From Phycisphaerae bacterium (lineage in GTDB: Bacteria; Planctomycetota; Phycisphaerae; UBA1845; Fen-1342): a stretch of DNA of 12,823 nt. Within the stretch, counting starts at the first letter, position 1. Each line of letters begins with the position of its first letter. The stretch covers positions 1 to 12,823 of the forward strand of contig JASFQK010000067.1 of the NCBI GenBank assembly GCA_050115495.1. Direction: 5' to 3'. The notes below the pieces were generated by a model. It did no database searches and was not told the DNA's origin. It was given only the letters and a program-made list of their open reading frames with translations. Positions 1-8,036 of this stretch are shown piece by piece. The position numbers and the translations under genes are program-made.

Positions 1-1
1 G

Positions 2-1396
2 ACGCCGGTGGCCCCGACGACCGGCAACCAGAAGGTGCTGTTCAAATACGACTATCTCGGTCGCCGAATCGAGAAGGCGGTGTATGATTGGGATAGCGGC
101 GGCAGTGCCTGGGAGGCGGAGCCGACGGAGGTCCGGCGGTTCGTGTGGAGCGGCTGGCTGATGCTGCTGGAGCTGGATGGCAGCGACGATGTGATCCGTA
201 AGTACACGTGGGGAATAGACCTGGCGGGTCAAAACGGGTCGTTGAACTCGCTCGAATCCGCCGGCGGGATCGGCGGCCTGTTGGCCGTCCACGACGCCGA
301 CTTGGAAGACGACTACGTGTACCTCTACGACGCCAACGGCAACGTCGGGCAGCTTCTGGCGTGGGAGAGCGGCTACGGCGGCGCCAACGGCGACGAGTGG
401 CACGCGGACCGGCTGGTGGCGGCGTACGAGTACGACCCCTACGGCGCGGTCGTGGCTCAGTCCGGCGACTACGCCATCACGAACCCCTTCCGCTTCAGCA
501 CGAAGTACTGGGACGACGAGACGGGGTTGGGATGCTGGCCCGCGCGCTATTACGACCCGCGGACGGGGAGGTGGATGAGCCGCGATCCGATTGGGGAAGC
601 TGGCGGGCCGAATGAGTACTCGTATGCCCACAATCGGGTACCCAGTGCAGTCGACCCGATTGGCCTTGTTGATATAGGGGCAGCTTGGGAAGCTTTCTAT
701 AAGTACTACTGGAGCCTCGACGATGAGGGCGCTGACTTCGCCCGGGACCTGATGCGGCATTACGTGTTCGGACGGGGGACGCCATTCGAACGCGGCTTGT
801 ACTACCGTCATATTACTGAACGCAGTTGGTGGACAGGGCGTCTTTCCACCACGCACGAGGAAGTGTCCCGCAGCTCGGCGAGTACTGACGCCAAGTGGAA
901 CGATTTCATGCGACAACGTCCCGAGCTTCAGGAAGCGGCGCGCGCCTACCTGTGCAAGCGGGCAAGAGACTATGCGCAGCGCACCTGGGCAGGTTCAACG
1001 ACGGTAGAGGAGTACTTTGAGGGCAATCTTGGGCTTGTTAAGCTGAATCGCCTGACCTCGATGCGACTTACGCTGCACGGGGGCAGTCCATCGGTAGATG
1101 GGTATGTGAGAAAGGAATGCAAGAATGGCATAACGACTGTCGAGTTCAAGTACCTTACGTTCACGTGGAAGGACAGAGGCGACCTGCATCCGGGAACGAA
1201 GACGGAAATCTCTGCTGGCAAGGTGGTGTCGGATGATTTCTTCGCTTCCGTCGGTATCGGTCGGCCTTACGACATAGTCATCAGCTTTACGTCAGCTTCG
1301 TCATACATTGACATCTGTAGCAAGGACTGTAGTTTCTCGGGCGATTGGCCACCGGCTGCGTCGGCTACAGGAAGCTCTGATGGATGGAGGGACTAG
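2..1396 (+). CDS. Rhs repeat-associated core protein, 5' truncated by the window edge, with C-terminal toxin CT1 (~668-1393; colicin M-like motifs)
   Basis: The frame is open from base 2. Rhs core motifs YDYLGRRIEK, YLYDANGNVGQ, YEYDPYG, NPFRFSTKYWDDETGL, RYYDPRTGRWMSRDPIGE, and the cleavage motif VDPIGL (D at 653). The 242 aa after it are unrelated to the other CTs. It cannot be told whether this is the full-length parent Rhs or another orphan. Confidence 0.93.
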   Translation, partial: TPVAPTTGNQKVLFKYDYLGRRIEKAVYDWDSGGSAWEAEPTEVRRFVWSGWLMLLELDGSDDVIRKYTWGIDLAGQNGSLNSLESAGGIGGLLAVHDADLEDDYVYLYDANGNVGQLLAWESGYGGANGDEWHADRLVAAYEYDPYGAVVAQSGDYAITNPFRFSTKYWDDETGLGCWPARYYDPRTGRWMSRDPIGEAGGPNEYSYAHNRVPSAVDPIGLVDIGAAWEAFYKYYWSLDDEGADFARDLMRHYVFGRGTPFERGLYYRHITERSWWTGRLSTTHEEVSRSSASTDAKWNDFMRQRPELQEAARAYLCKRARDYAQRTWAGSTTVEEYFEGNLGLVKLNRLTSMRLTLHGGSPSVDGYVRKECKNGITTVEFKYLTFTWKDRGDLHPGTKTEISAGKVVSDDFFASVGIGRPYDIVISFTSASSYIDICSKDCSFSGDWPPAASATGSSDGWRD

Positions 1397-1399
1397 CTC

Positions 1400-1942
1400 A
1401 TGTATGCATCGGGTGCTCGACCCCGGCAGCACGACCTTTTGAGGGCTTGCGTGCGTAACGTGGTGCTAGGCATCGGGATCGGCAGTGCGCTCGCAAGTGT
1501 CGGCTGCCGGTCCGCGAAACCACCAAGACAGCGCTCAGCTGCGGATGCCAGTAAGTACATCGATTTGGTGTTACCGGCGGACGCACAGCATGTACGTTAT
1601 CACGAGGAGTCTCTTTTCACACTCACGTGTGTCTTTAGTCTCGAGCTCGATCGAGCAGCTGCAGAGGCGTTCTTCGCGGCCAATAGCATGCTGCCCAGGT
1701 TCGCTGACTTGCGAGAGAATGGCCAGATCGCCGACAGCATGGACCGCGTGGGCCAGACCACACCCTGGTGGGACTTGGCCAAAGATGGAGACACTGTGTA
1801 CGGAGAATCGACAGGTCGCCGCACGGTCAAGGGCGCGACGCTCGAGTGGAGTATGAGCGTGGGCCTAGCAGGTCTGAACGACAGCATGGTGCGCATCTTC
1901 ATGATATACGTGGAGGAGAGCGCGGCGAGTGATGGTGGATAG
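1400..1942 (+). CDS. Putative cognate immunity protein 1, predicted lipoprotein
   Basis: Starts 3 nt after the CT1 stop, with GGAGG at 1386-1390. Basic N-region, a hydrophobic stretch (VVLGIGIGSALASVG) and Cys in a relaxed lipobox (ASVG-C). Immunity role is inferred from position. Confidence 0.8.
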   Translation: MYASGARPRQHDLLRACVRNVVLGIGIGSALASVGCRSAKPPRQRSAADASKYIDLVLPADAQHVRYHEESLFTLTCVFSLELDRAAAEAFFAANSMLPRFADLRENGQIADSMDRVGQTTPWWDLAKDGDTVYGESTGRRTVKGATLEWSMSVGLAGLNDSMVRIFMIYVEESAASDGG

Positions 1943-3170
1943 CGGCGGCAGTGCCTGGGAGGGGGAGCCGACTGAGGTCCGCCGGTTCGTGTGGAGCGGC
2001 TGGCTGATGCTGCTGGAACTGGATGGCAGCGACGACGTGATTCGTAAGTACACGTGGGGACTGGACTTAGCCGGTCAGCACGGGGGCGTGAACTCGCTCG
2101 AATCCGCCGGCGGAATCGGCGGGCTGCTGGCGATGGAGGCCCCGCAGACCGTCGGCGACCCGCTGAAATACGTGTACCTGTACGACGCGAACGGCAACGT
2201 CGGGCAGCTCGTGGACCTCGCCGCGGCGACGGTGACCGCCGGCCTCGTGGCGAAGTACGAATACGACCCCTACGGCGCGGTCGTCGCGCAGTCCGGCGAC
2301 TACGCCGCCACAAACCCCTTCCGCTTCAGCACGAAGTACTGGGACGACGAGACGGGATTGGGGTACTGGGGCTACCGGTACTACGACCCGCGGACGGGAA
2401 GGTGGACGAGCCATGATCCGCTTGAAGAAAGGGGCGGAATTCACCTGTATTCCTTCGCACTGAACTCTCCTACGGCGCTCATTGACGAACTCGGGCATCA
2501 AGCATCGCAACCAGCGAAAAAGACTGCGTGTTGCCGCTACCGTCGCTCACTGATTCAGAAATCCTTGAGCGGTGAAGTCGATTGGTACGGCCGCCCCCTT
2601 GGGTGTAACGAAGTTAGCCAGAAGCACCAGCGTACAGAGACTTGCAGTTCGGATACCGAGTCCCCTGAGGCATGTTGTCGGTGTCCCAAAGATGTGGATT
2701 TGGGTACGAGTGGCTCCCTGCAGATCAATCGACGGATTACATGGGAATTCCTGGAGGCCGATTGGGGCCCATGTTGTTTTTGCAAGATCTCTGCTGTGCG
2801 TGACCCTAATTGGCCGGATTGGCCCTGGCACATGGGGCTTGTCATAGAGTGCCCTGGTAAGAACGCGCGTAGGGTAGACTTTCGCATGCGGAAATGCGTT
2901 GCGGGCATCGCGATTGGCAGTGTGATCGGACTATCGCCAGCGGTGCCGGCTACTACTGACACGCTTCAGCATAAGGTCATCCGGCAAATGGAGGTAGACT
3001 GCGAAACAGCCGAAGCCGTTTGGCAGCGAGCCAACGATGACGAACAAAACCCCCCAGGTTACAATCTTATACATGATTGTCACTGGTACACGCGTGTGCT
3101 TGAGAAGATCGCAGGCGATGGATATCTCGCGTTCCCAGCTGGCGAAAGACCGCCGTCGGAGTGTCCATGA
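1929..3170 (+). CDS. Orphan Rhs core fragment + CT2 (Cys-rich, putative permuted papain-like peptidase/amidase toxin, ~2499-3167)
   Basis: Core homology starts at ~1938 (GGATAGCGGCGGCAGT). The core ends HDPLEERGG...IDELG. CT2 has 15 Cys, WHMGLVIECP and YNLIHDCHWY. GTG 1929 or ATG 1932 are possible starts, with GGAGGAG at 1912-1918. Confidence 0.9.
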   Translation: MMVDSGGSAWEGEPTEVRRFVWSGWLMLLELDGSDDVIRKYTWGLDLAGQHGGVNSLESAGGIGGLLAMEAPQTVGDPLKYVYLYDANGNVGQLVDLAAATVTAGLVAKYEYDPYGAVVAQSGDYAATNPFRFSTKYWDDETGLGYWGYRYYDPRTGRWTSHDPLEERGGIHLYSFALNSPTALIDELGHQASQPAKKTACCRYRRSLIQKSLSGEVDWYGRPLGCNEVSQKHQRTETCSSDTESPEACCRCPKDVDLGTSGSLQINRRITWEFLEADWGPCCFCKISAVRDPNWPDWPWHMGLVIECPGKNARRVDFRMRKCVAGIAIGSVIGLSPAVPATTDTLQHKVIRQMEVDCETAEAVWQRANDDEQNPPGYNLIHDCHWYTRVLEKIAGDGYLAFPAGERPPSECP

Positions 3171-3643
3171 GTGTCTCAAGACGGCGTGCCCGGTTGCGAA
3201 ACACAATAGCGCTGGTGTCTCTGTGCGTGCTTGGAGCTGGCGTAGCGTGGCTCTGGCTCTGGAGAGTTCGTTCGCGTCAAGAGACTGTGTTTCAGCTAGC
3301 AGCACTTGCTGAAGCTGTTGCTACTTATGTACACCAAACAGATGGCATGCTTCCTGTGTCCATCGATGCTCTCGTTGATGAAGGGATTCTCGTCCCCGAA
3401 GGGCACGGCGTTTTCAGAACGCGGACGTTGGCTTATCCAACAATACCCTATTTTGGTTGCAGTAGCGATTATGTAGATTGCGACAGAGTTACCGTGAGTA
3501 CTCGGTCATCTGAAGCGACGGATGAAGGGATAATCCGCGTGCGCGGGGAACCAAGCTGGGCGACGGAGGTTGTTTCACGGTTAAACCACATGCTGTGTGC
3601 CTTCGTTGCTGATTCTCGCGAGAGGCTTAACGCGGAGCCATAA
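3167..3643 (+). CDS. Putative immunity protein 2; N-terminal TM anchor, pseudopilin-like helix motif
   Basis: ATGA overlap with the CT2 stop (ATG 3167, TGA 3168-3170) and GGAG at 3158-3161. Arg-rich N-terminus, TM segment IALVSLCVLGAGVAWLWLW, then AVATYVHQTDGMLPVSIDALVDEGIL. Confidence 0.82.
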   Translation: MSVSRRRARLRNTIALVSLCVLGAGVAWLWLWRVRSRQETVFQLAALAEAVATYVHQTDGMLPVSIDALVDEGILVPEGHGVFRTRTLAYPTIPYFGCSSDYVDCDRVTVSTRSSEATDEGIIRVRGEPSWATEVVSRLNHMLCAFVADSRERLNAEP

Positions 3644-3653
3644 ATCGCTGCGG

Positions 3654-5330
3654 ATGTACCACGGCGACGGGTTGTTCAACGGCTTCGATATCTCGCCCTT
3701 CATCTACGCCGCCACGCACGAGCAGGGCGAGTTCGAGTCCGCCTATCCCGACGGCTGCTACTTGTGCGGCGACATCACCGGCGACGGCTCGGTGAACAAC
3801 TTCGACATCAACCCCTTCACGAGCCTGCAGAACTCCGGGTCGACGGCCGTCGCCTACGAGTGGGACGCCGAGAACCGGCTGGTGGCGGTGACGCCGGTGG
3901 CCCCGACGGCCGGCGACCGGAAGGTGCTGTTCAAATACGACTATCTCGGTCGCCGAATCGAGAAGGCGGTGTATGATTGGGATAGCGGCGGCAGTGCCTG
4001 GGAGGCCGTGCCGACGGAGATCCGCCGGTTCGTGTGGAGCGGCTGGCTGATGCTGCTGGAGCTGGATGGCAGCGACGACGTGATTCGTAAGTACACGTGG
4101 GGCCTGGACTTGGCCGGCCAGAACGGGTCGTTGAACTCACTCGACGCCGCCGGCGGGATCGGCGGGCTGCTGGCGATGGAGGCCCCGCAGACCGTCGGCG
4201 ACCCGCTGAAGTACGTCTACATGTACGACGCGAACGGCAACGTCGGGCAGGTGGTCGCGTGGGAAAGCGGCTACGGCGGCACGACGGGTTACGCGTGGGA
4301 CACCGACCCGGCGTCGCTGGCCCGGCTGGTGGCGGCTTACGAGTACGACCCCTACGGCGCGGTCGTCGCTCAGTCCGGCGACTACGCCGCCGCAAACCCC
4401 TTCCGCTTCAGCACGAAGTACTGGGACGACGAGACGGGATTGGGATGCTGGGGGAGGCGGTATTACGATCCGCGCACAGGGCGTTGGATGTCGAGGGATC
4501 CGATCGAGGAGTATGACGGACTCTGCCTGTACCTGTTTGCACATAATGTACCGGTTGCCGAGGTCGATGCCTTAGGTCTCGCAACCGACTGGGACTTGGA
4601 CAAGAGTCTGCGTGAACCATGGATGCGACGCCCATCTCCTCCGCCCGCACCGCCGCGGCCTAGGTCCGGCTGCTGTGGCCCAGAGATTGGACCGCAGTTA
4701 CGCGATCTGTTGGACAACATCGCAGACGCTTTTGGCACGAAGAACGCTGCGCAGAAGGAGGGATTCTGTCGACGCCTGTTTGGACTGTGGAATTGGGATA
4801 TCGACCAGTTGACGTCAGCCAGTGGCACCAAGGATCCCAATCCGTTCAAGTACGAAGGGTGCAGCACGGGCGATTGCGACGGTGCTGTTCAGGTTGACGG
4901 AAGCTGCTACCGAGCTAACGAGCTCAACTACATCCTCTGGGGAAAAGCCAATCGACTGTGCCGGGACAGCATCGACGAGTGGGCGCCTATTCGTCCGGTG
5001 TTCTGCGTAGGTGATTGGTGCCTTGAACGTCGTGTAGGCGTATCTGGGTGGGGTGTCTCTTGGAACCGCCACACCTGGAGTTGGGCTGAATGGTGGATTC
5101 GCGCGTATCGTTCGTTTCCTGGCGCCGGCGGCAACGCTGCCCCGGTTGGCTCTGGAACGGCAGAGTGCCGCGCTGCCTTCGCGTTTGCCGGCTACTATGG
5201 AGACTGGGGACAGGCGATTGGGTGTGCGGTGGACGGATGTGGCACGGAATGTTGCTCGGAACCTTATTTTGGCCACCTGACTGCGAAGATCGGTCCGTGG
5301 TCGGACGAGGAGCGGTTCACATCTGACTGA
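3654..5330 (+). CDS. Orphan Rhs fragment with dockerin-like insert + core + CT3 (~4581-5327, 14 Cys, function unknown)
   Basis: In-frame ATG at 3654, 10 nt after the immunity 2 stop; the start is uncertain. Dockerin-like repeats, then YEWDAENRLVAV and the shared core ending VDALGL. CT3 has a Pro-rich linker and CYRANELNYILWG. Confidence 0.9.
   Translation: MYHGDGLFNGFDISPFIYAATHEQGEFESAYPDGCYLCGDITGDGSVNNFDINPFTSLQNSGSTAVAYEWDAENRLVAVTPVAPTAGDRKVLFKYDYLGRRIEKAVYDWDSGGSAWEAVPTEIRRFVWSGWLMLLELDGSDDVIRKYTWGLDLAGQNGSLNSLDAAGGIGGLLAMEAPQTVGDPLKYVYMYDANGNVGQVVAWESGYGGTTGYAWDTDPASLARLVAAYEYDPYGAVVAQSGDYAAANPFRFSTKYWDDETGLGCWGRRYYDPRTGRWMSRDPIEEYDGLCLYLFAHNVPVAEVDALGLATDWDLDKSLREPWMRRPSPPPAPPRPRSGCCGPEIGPQLRDLLDNIADAFGTKNAAQKEGFCRRLFGLWNWDIDQLTSASGTKDPNPFKYEGCSTGDCDGAVQVDGSCYRANELNYILWGKANRLCRDSIDEWAPIRPVFCVGDWCLERRVGVSGWGVSWNRHTWSWAEWWIRAYRSFPGAGGNAAPVGSGTAECRAAFAFAGYYGDWGQAIGCAVDGCGTECCSEPYFGHLTAKIGPWSDEERFTSD
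3660..3830 (+). other. Dockerin type I-like duplicated Ca-binding (EF-hand-like) domain inside the Rhs fragment
   Basis: Two repeats, HGDGLFNGFDISPF and GDITGDGSVNNFDINPF, separated by a ~22-aa linker. This matches the DxxGDGxxNxxD dockerin pattern. Confidence 0.78.
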
Positions 5331-5917
5331 TGAGCGCCAGGCAGGGTCTCATGCAACAGGGCGAAGTAGGTTACGGATGTCAACGGCACAGCAGGAGGGG
5401 CTTTTTCCGTGGACGTTCCTCTCTCTGGCTGGCAGTGTTGGCGTTCTGCGTCATAGCATTCGGAGCAATCGCCATCTGGCTGTCGGAAGGCTTGATGACG
5501 CGACCTATGTTCACGCGATGGAAGGATCACGAGCGAGGACCACACTGGCAGACTGAGCTCATAGCGGCACCAGGACATGTGTATATCTATGTCGATCAGG
5601 CACTGAACATCGTCGTTGTAGGACTTCTGCGGGGTACCGGGATCTCGAACTGGCGCGAGACCCTCCGGCCAAGCTACGCCATCCTGTTCCAAGACACACC
5701 CTTGGAGACCAGACTGGATCCGAGCCCGAATCGGCTTGTTGTTATCGAACCAAACGGCGCTACGCGAGAGTTTGCTGTTGCGGATGGCGTGGCTCGAAGA
5801 GTGTGGGGGGACACGGCACACTTGGTCAGGGCGGATGCGTTAGAGCGCTTACGGGTTCTGTACGCAGGGCCGCAACGAGCGGAGATCGACGAGTACTTGG
5901 ATCAGCTGCGCGATTAG
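5330..5917 (+). CDS. Putative immunity protein 3, single N-terminal TM anchor
   Basis: TGATG overlap with the CT3 stop. Basic stretch (RHSRRGFFRGR), then TM segment LWLAVLAFCVIAFGAIAIWL, then a soluble domain. Confidence 0.8.
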   Translation: MSARQGLMQQGEVGYGCQRHSRRGFFRGRSSLWLAVLAFCVIAFGAIAIWLSEGLMTRPMFTRWKDHERGPHWQTELIAAPGHVYIYVDQALNIVVVGLLRGTGISNWRETLRPSYAILFQDTPLETRLDPSPNRLVVIEPNGATREFAVADGVARRVWGDTAHLVRADALERLRVLYAGPQRAEIDEYLDQLRD

Positions 5918-6021
5918 CGAAGCAGACCTTGCGCAGAGCAAGTGCGCAGCGGTTGTGGAGGTTCACAAACCAGGTTTGGCGTGCGCCTGTCTTTCGTCCC
6001 GGGTGCGGGCCAGCCGTACGC

Positions 6022-7527
6022 GGCGACGAAACGGTGAACAACTTCGACATCAACCCCTTCACGAGCCTGCAGAGCTCCGGGTCGACGGCCGTCGCCTACG
6101 AATGGGACGCCGAGAACCGGCTGGTGGCGGTGACGCCGGTGGCCCCGACGACCGGCAACCAGAAGGTGCTGTTCAAATACGACTATCTCGGTCGCCGAAT
6201 CGAGAAGGCGGTGTATGATTGGGATAGCGGCGGCAGTGCCTGGGAGGCCGTGCCGACGGAGGTCCGCCGGTTCGTGTGGAGCGGTTGGCTGATGCTGCTG
6301 GAACTGGATGGCAGCGACGACGTGATTCGTAAGTACACGTGGGGCCTGGACTTGGCGGGCCAACACGGTTCGTTGAACTCGCTCGAATCCGCCGGCGGGA
6401 TCGGCGGTTTGCTGGCGATGGAGGCCCCGCAGACCGTCGGCGACCCGCTGAAGTACGTCTACATGTACGACGCGAACGGCAACGTCGGGCAGCTCGTAGC
6501 GTGGGGAAGCGGCTACGGCGGCACGGTGAACTACGCCTGGGATACGGATCCGCCAGGGGCGACGCCGGCCCGCCTAGTGGCGGCGTACGAGTACGACCCC
6601 TACGGCGCCGTCGTCACGCAGTCTGGCGACTACGCCGCCACGAACCCCTTCCGCTTCAGCACCAAGTACTGGGACGACGAGACGGGATTGGGATGCTGGC
6701 CCGCACGCTACTACGACCCGAGGACGGGACGGTGGACGAGTCACGATCCTAAGGGCGAAATCGGCTGGGCGAACCTGTACGCCGCGCTGCGGAACAACCC
6801 GTTCGCGTGGATAGACCCGGACGGCGGCGAAGATCAACCGGCCAGCCCGGCATCACAACCTTCTGCAAACCCGCCCCCCGCGTCCGCGCCGACGACACAG
6901 GCGGCGGTGAACCACAATCAGGCATGCTGCGAATACGATGTCACGACCGTGTCTATCGGAAAACCTTTTGAGACGGTAGATATGGGGCCATGGACGTCCT
7001 CGTCCGTGTGCCGCAAGACGAGCGCGTGTCCGTCCGGAGCATCCGATCCAAGGAGCTGCTGTGAGTGCTGCGGGCAGTCGTCAAAGAACGAACTGGGCCG
7101 GATTGCGTACAGCGTGCGTACACTCAAGGACGCGAAGTGGGGTGCCTGCTGCTGGTGCACGGTGAAGGTCAAGAGACAGTCGTGGTACTACGTCCTGCCT
7201 CACCATGAGTTTGAACTTGCCTGTCCGGCGTCTGACGCCGGGCCCGCATTCACTCGTGTTCTGGACAGGATGCCGGTAAACAAACTCTGGGGACCCGCAT
7301 ATATTCACAACTTCACAGGCGGACCTTCGCTGAGAGAATACACGGCCGATTCCAAACGGATCAACTGCGAGCTTGGACAGTTGCTCAAAGACAAGATCGA
7401 CGCAGCGTATCCGCCGGAGCAACAGCACATAGGTGACGACAACTTACTTAAAGGCAAACACTGCAGGAGTTTCGCATACTGGTGGTATAACTGGGTGCCG
7501 GAGGGAATCCCGGAGTGCGACCCGTGA
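6022..7527 (+). CDS. Orphan Rhs fragment (begins in the second dockerin repeat; no clear start) + CT4 (~6829-7524), paralogue of CT2
   Basis: Homology to cassette 3 begins at ~6021 (CGGCGACG...GTGAACAACTTCGACATCAAC). The core ends IDPDG. CT4 has 15 Cys, PHHEFELACP and NLLKGKHCRSFA. The ORF-track extension to 5803 overlaps immunity 3 and is not Rhs-like. GTG 6034 is the nearest in-frame start. Confidence 0.9.
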   Translation, partial: GDETVNNFDINPFTSLQSSGSTAVAYEWDAENRLVAVTPVAPTTGNQKVLFKYDYLGRRIEKAVYDWDSGGSAWEAVPTEVRRFVWSGWLMLLELDGSDDVIRKYTWGLDLAGQHGSLNSLESAGGIGGLLAMEAPQTVGDPLKYVYMYDANGNVGQLVAWGSGYGGTVNYAWDTDPPGATPARLVAAYEYDPYGAVVTQSGDYAATNPFRFSTKYWDDETGLGCWPARYYDPRTGRWTSHDPKGEIGWANLYAALRNNPFAWIDPDGGEDQPASPASQPSANPPPASAPTTQAAVNHNQACCEYDVTTVSIGKPFETVDMGPWTSSSVCRKTSACPSGASDPRSCCECCGQSSKNELGRIAYSVRTLKDAKWGACCWCTVKVKRQSWYYVLPHHEFELACPASDAGPAFTRVLDRMPVNKLWGPAYIHNFTGGPSLREYTADSKRINCELGQLLKDKIDAAYPPEQQHIGDDNLLKGKHCRSFAYWWYNWVPEGIPECDP

Positions 7528-8036
7528 GCAAACGCCGATTCACACAGGTTGGCCGCGTCCTGCCGCGCCTCCTGGTGGTCGCGGGCATTGCCGGCATAGC
7601 GTTTTGGGCGTTCACACTCGTCTATAGCTATCAATACACCCTGATAGCGAGGCAACGGGCAATGCTGACGGTTGGACGGGCTGGAGTGGACTACTTGCGA
7701 GAGTGCGGCACGCCACCGGTTTCGGTCGATGAGTTGCTCGCTGCGGGGTTGCTGCGATTGGACGAGAGCACGGGCCTACTGGTTTCAGTTGCCCCTGGTG
7801 CATACGGCGTCGCCCTGAGCGATGCGCGCGCTGTGCGCTTGTGCTTTCCCAGAACGGCCGACGGCTGGGTCCTCGTGGACGGCGCAGTCGTCAGCACGGA
7901 GCAACACAGGCCCATCGTGCTCGTGGCCCACGATGGTGTCCCCGCTGAGATGCAGGCAAGTGTGAATCGTATGTTGGGCGTCCAATGGTTCGAAGCGATG
8001 AACGCCCTCCACGAGGAGGGACAAGACGGCAACTGA
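7524..8036 (+). CDS. Putative immunity protein 4; TM-anchored, paralogue of immunity 2
   Basis: GTGA overlap with the CT4 stop (GTG 7524, TGA 7525-7527) and GGAG at 7512-7515. TM segment LLVVAGIAGIAFWAFTLVY, then AGVDYLRECGTPPVSVDELLAAGLL and C-terminal SVNRML. Confidence 0.82.
   Translation: MSKRRFTQVGRVLPRLLVVAGIAGIAFWAFTLVYSYQYTLIARQRAMLTVGRAGVDYLRECGTPPVSVDELLAAGLLRLDESTGLLVSVAPGAYGVALSDARAVRLCFPRTADGWVLVDGAVVSTEQHRPIVLVAHDGVPAEMQASVNRMLGVQWFEAMNALHEEGQDGN

Noticed and set aside
5803..6021. N-terminal extensions of the orphan ORFs (5803, also 3597 and 7985)
   Set aside because: They overlap the preceding immunity genes, have no Rhs similarity and are chance open frames upstream of the junctions.
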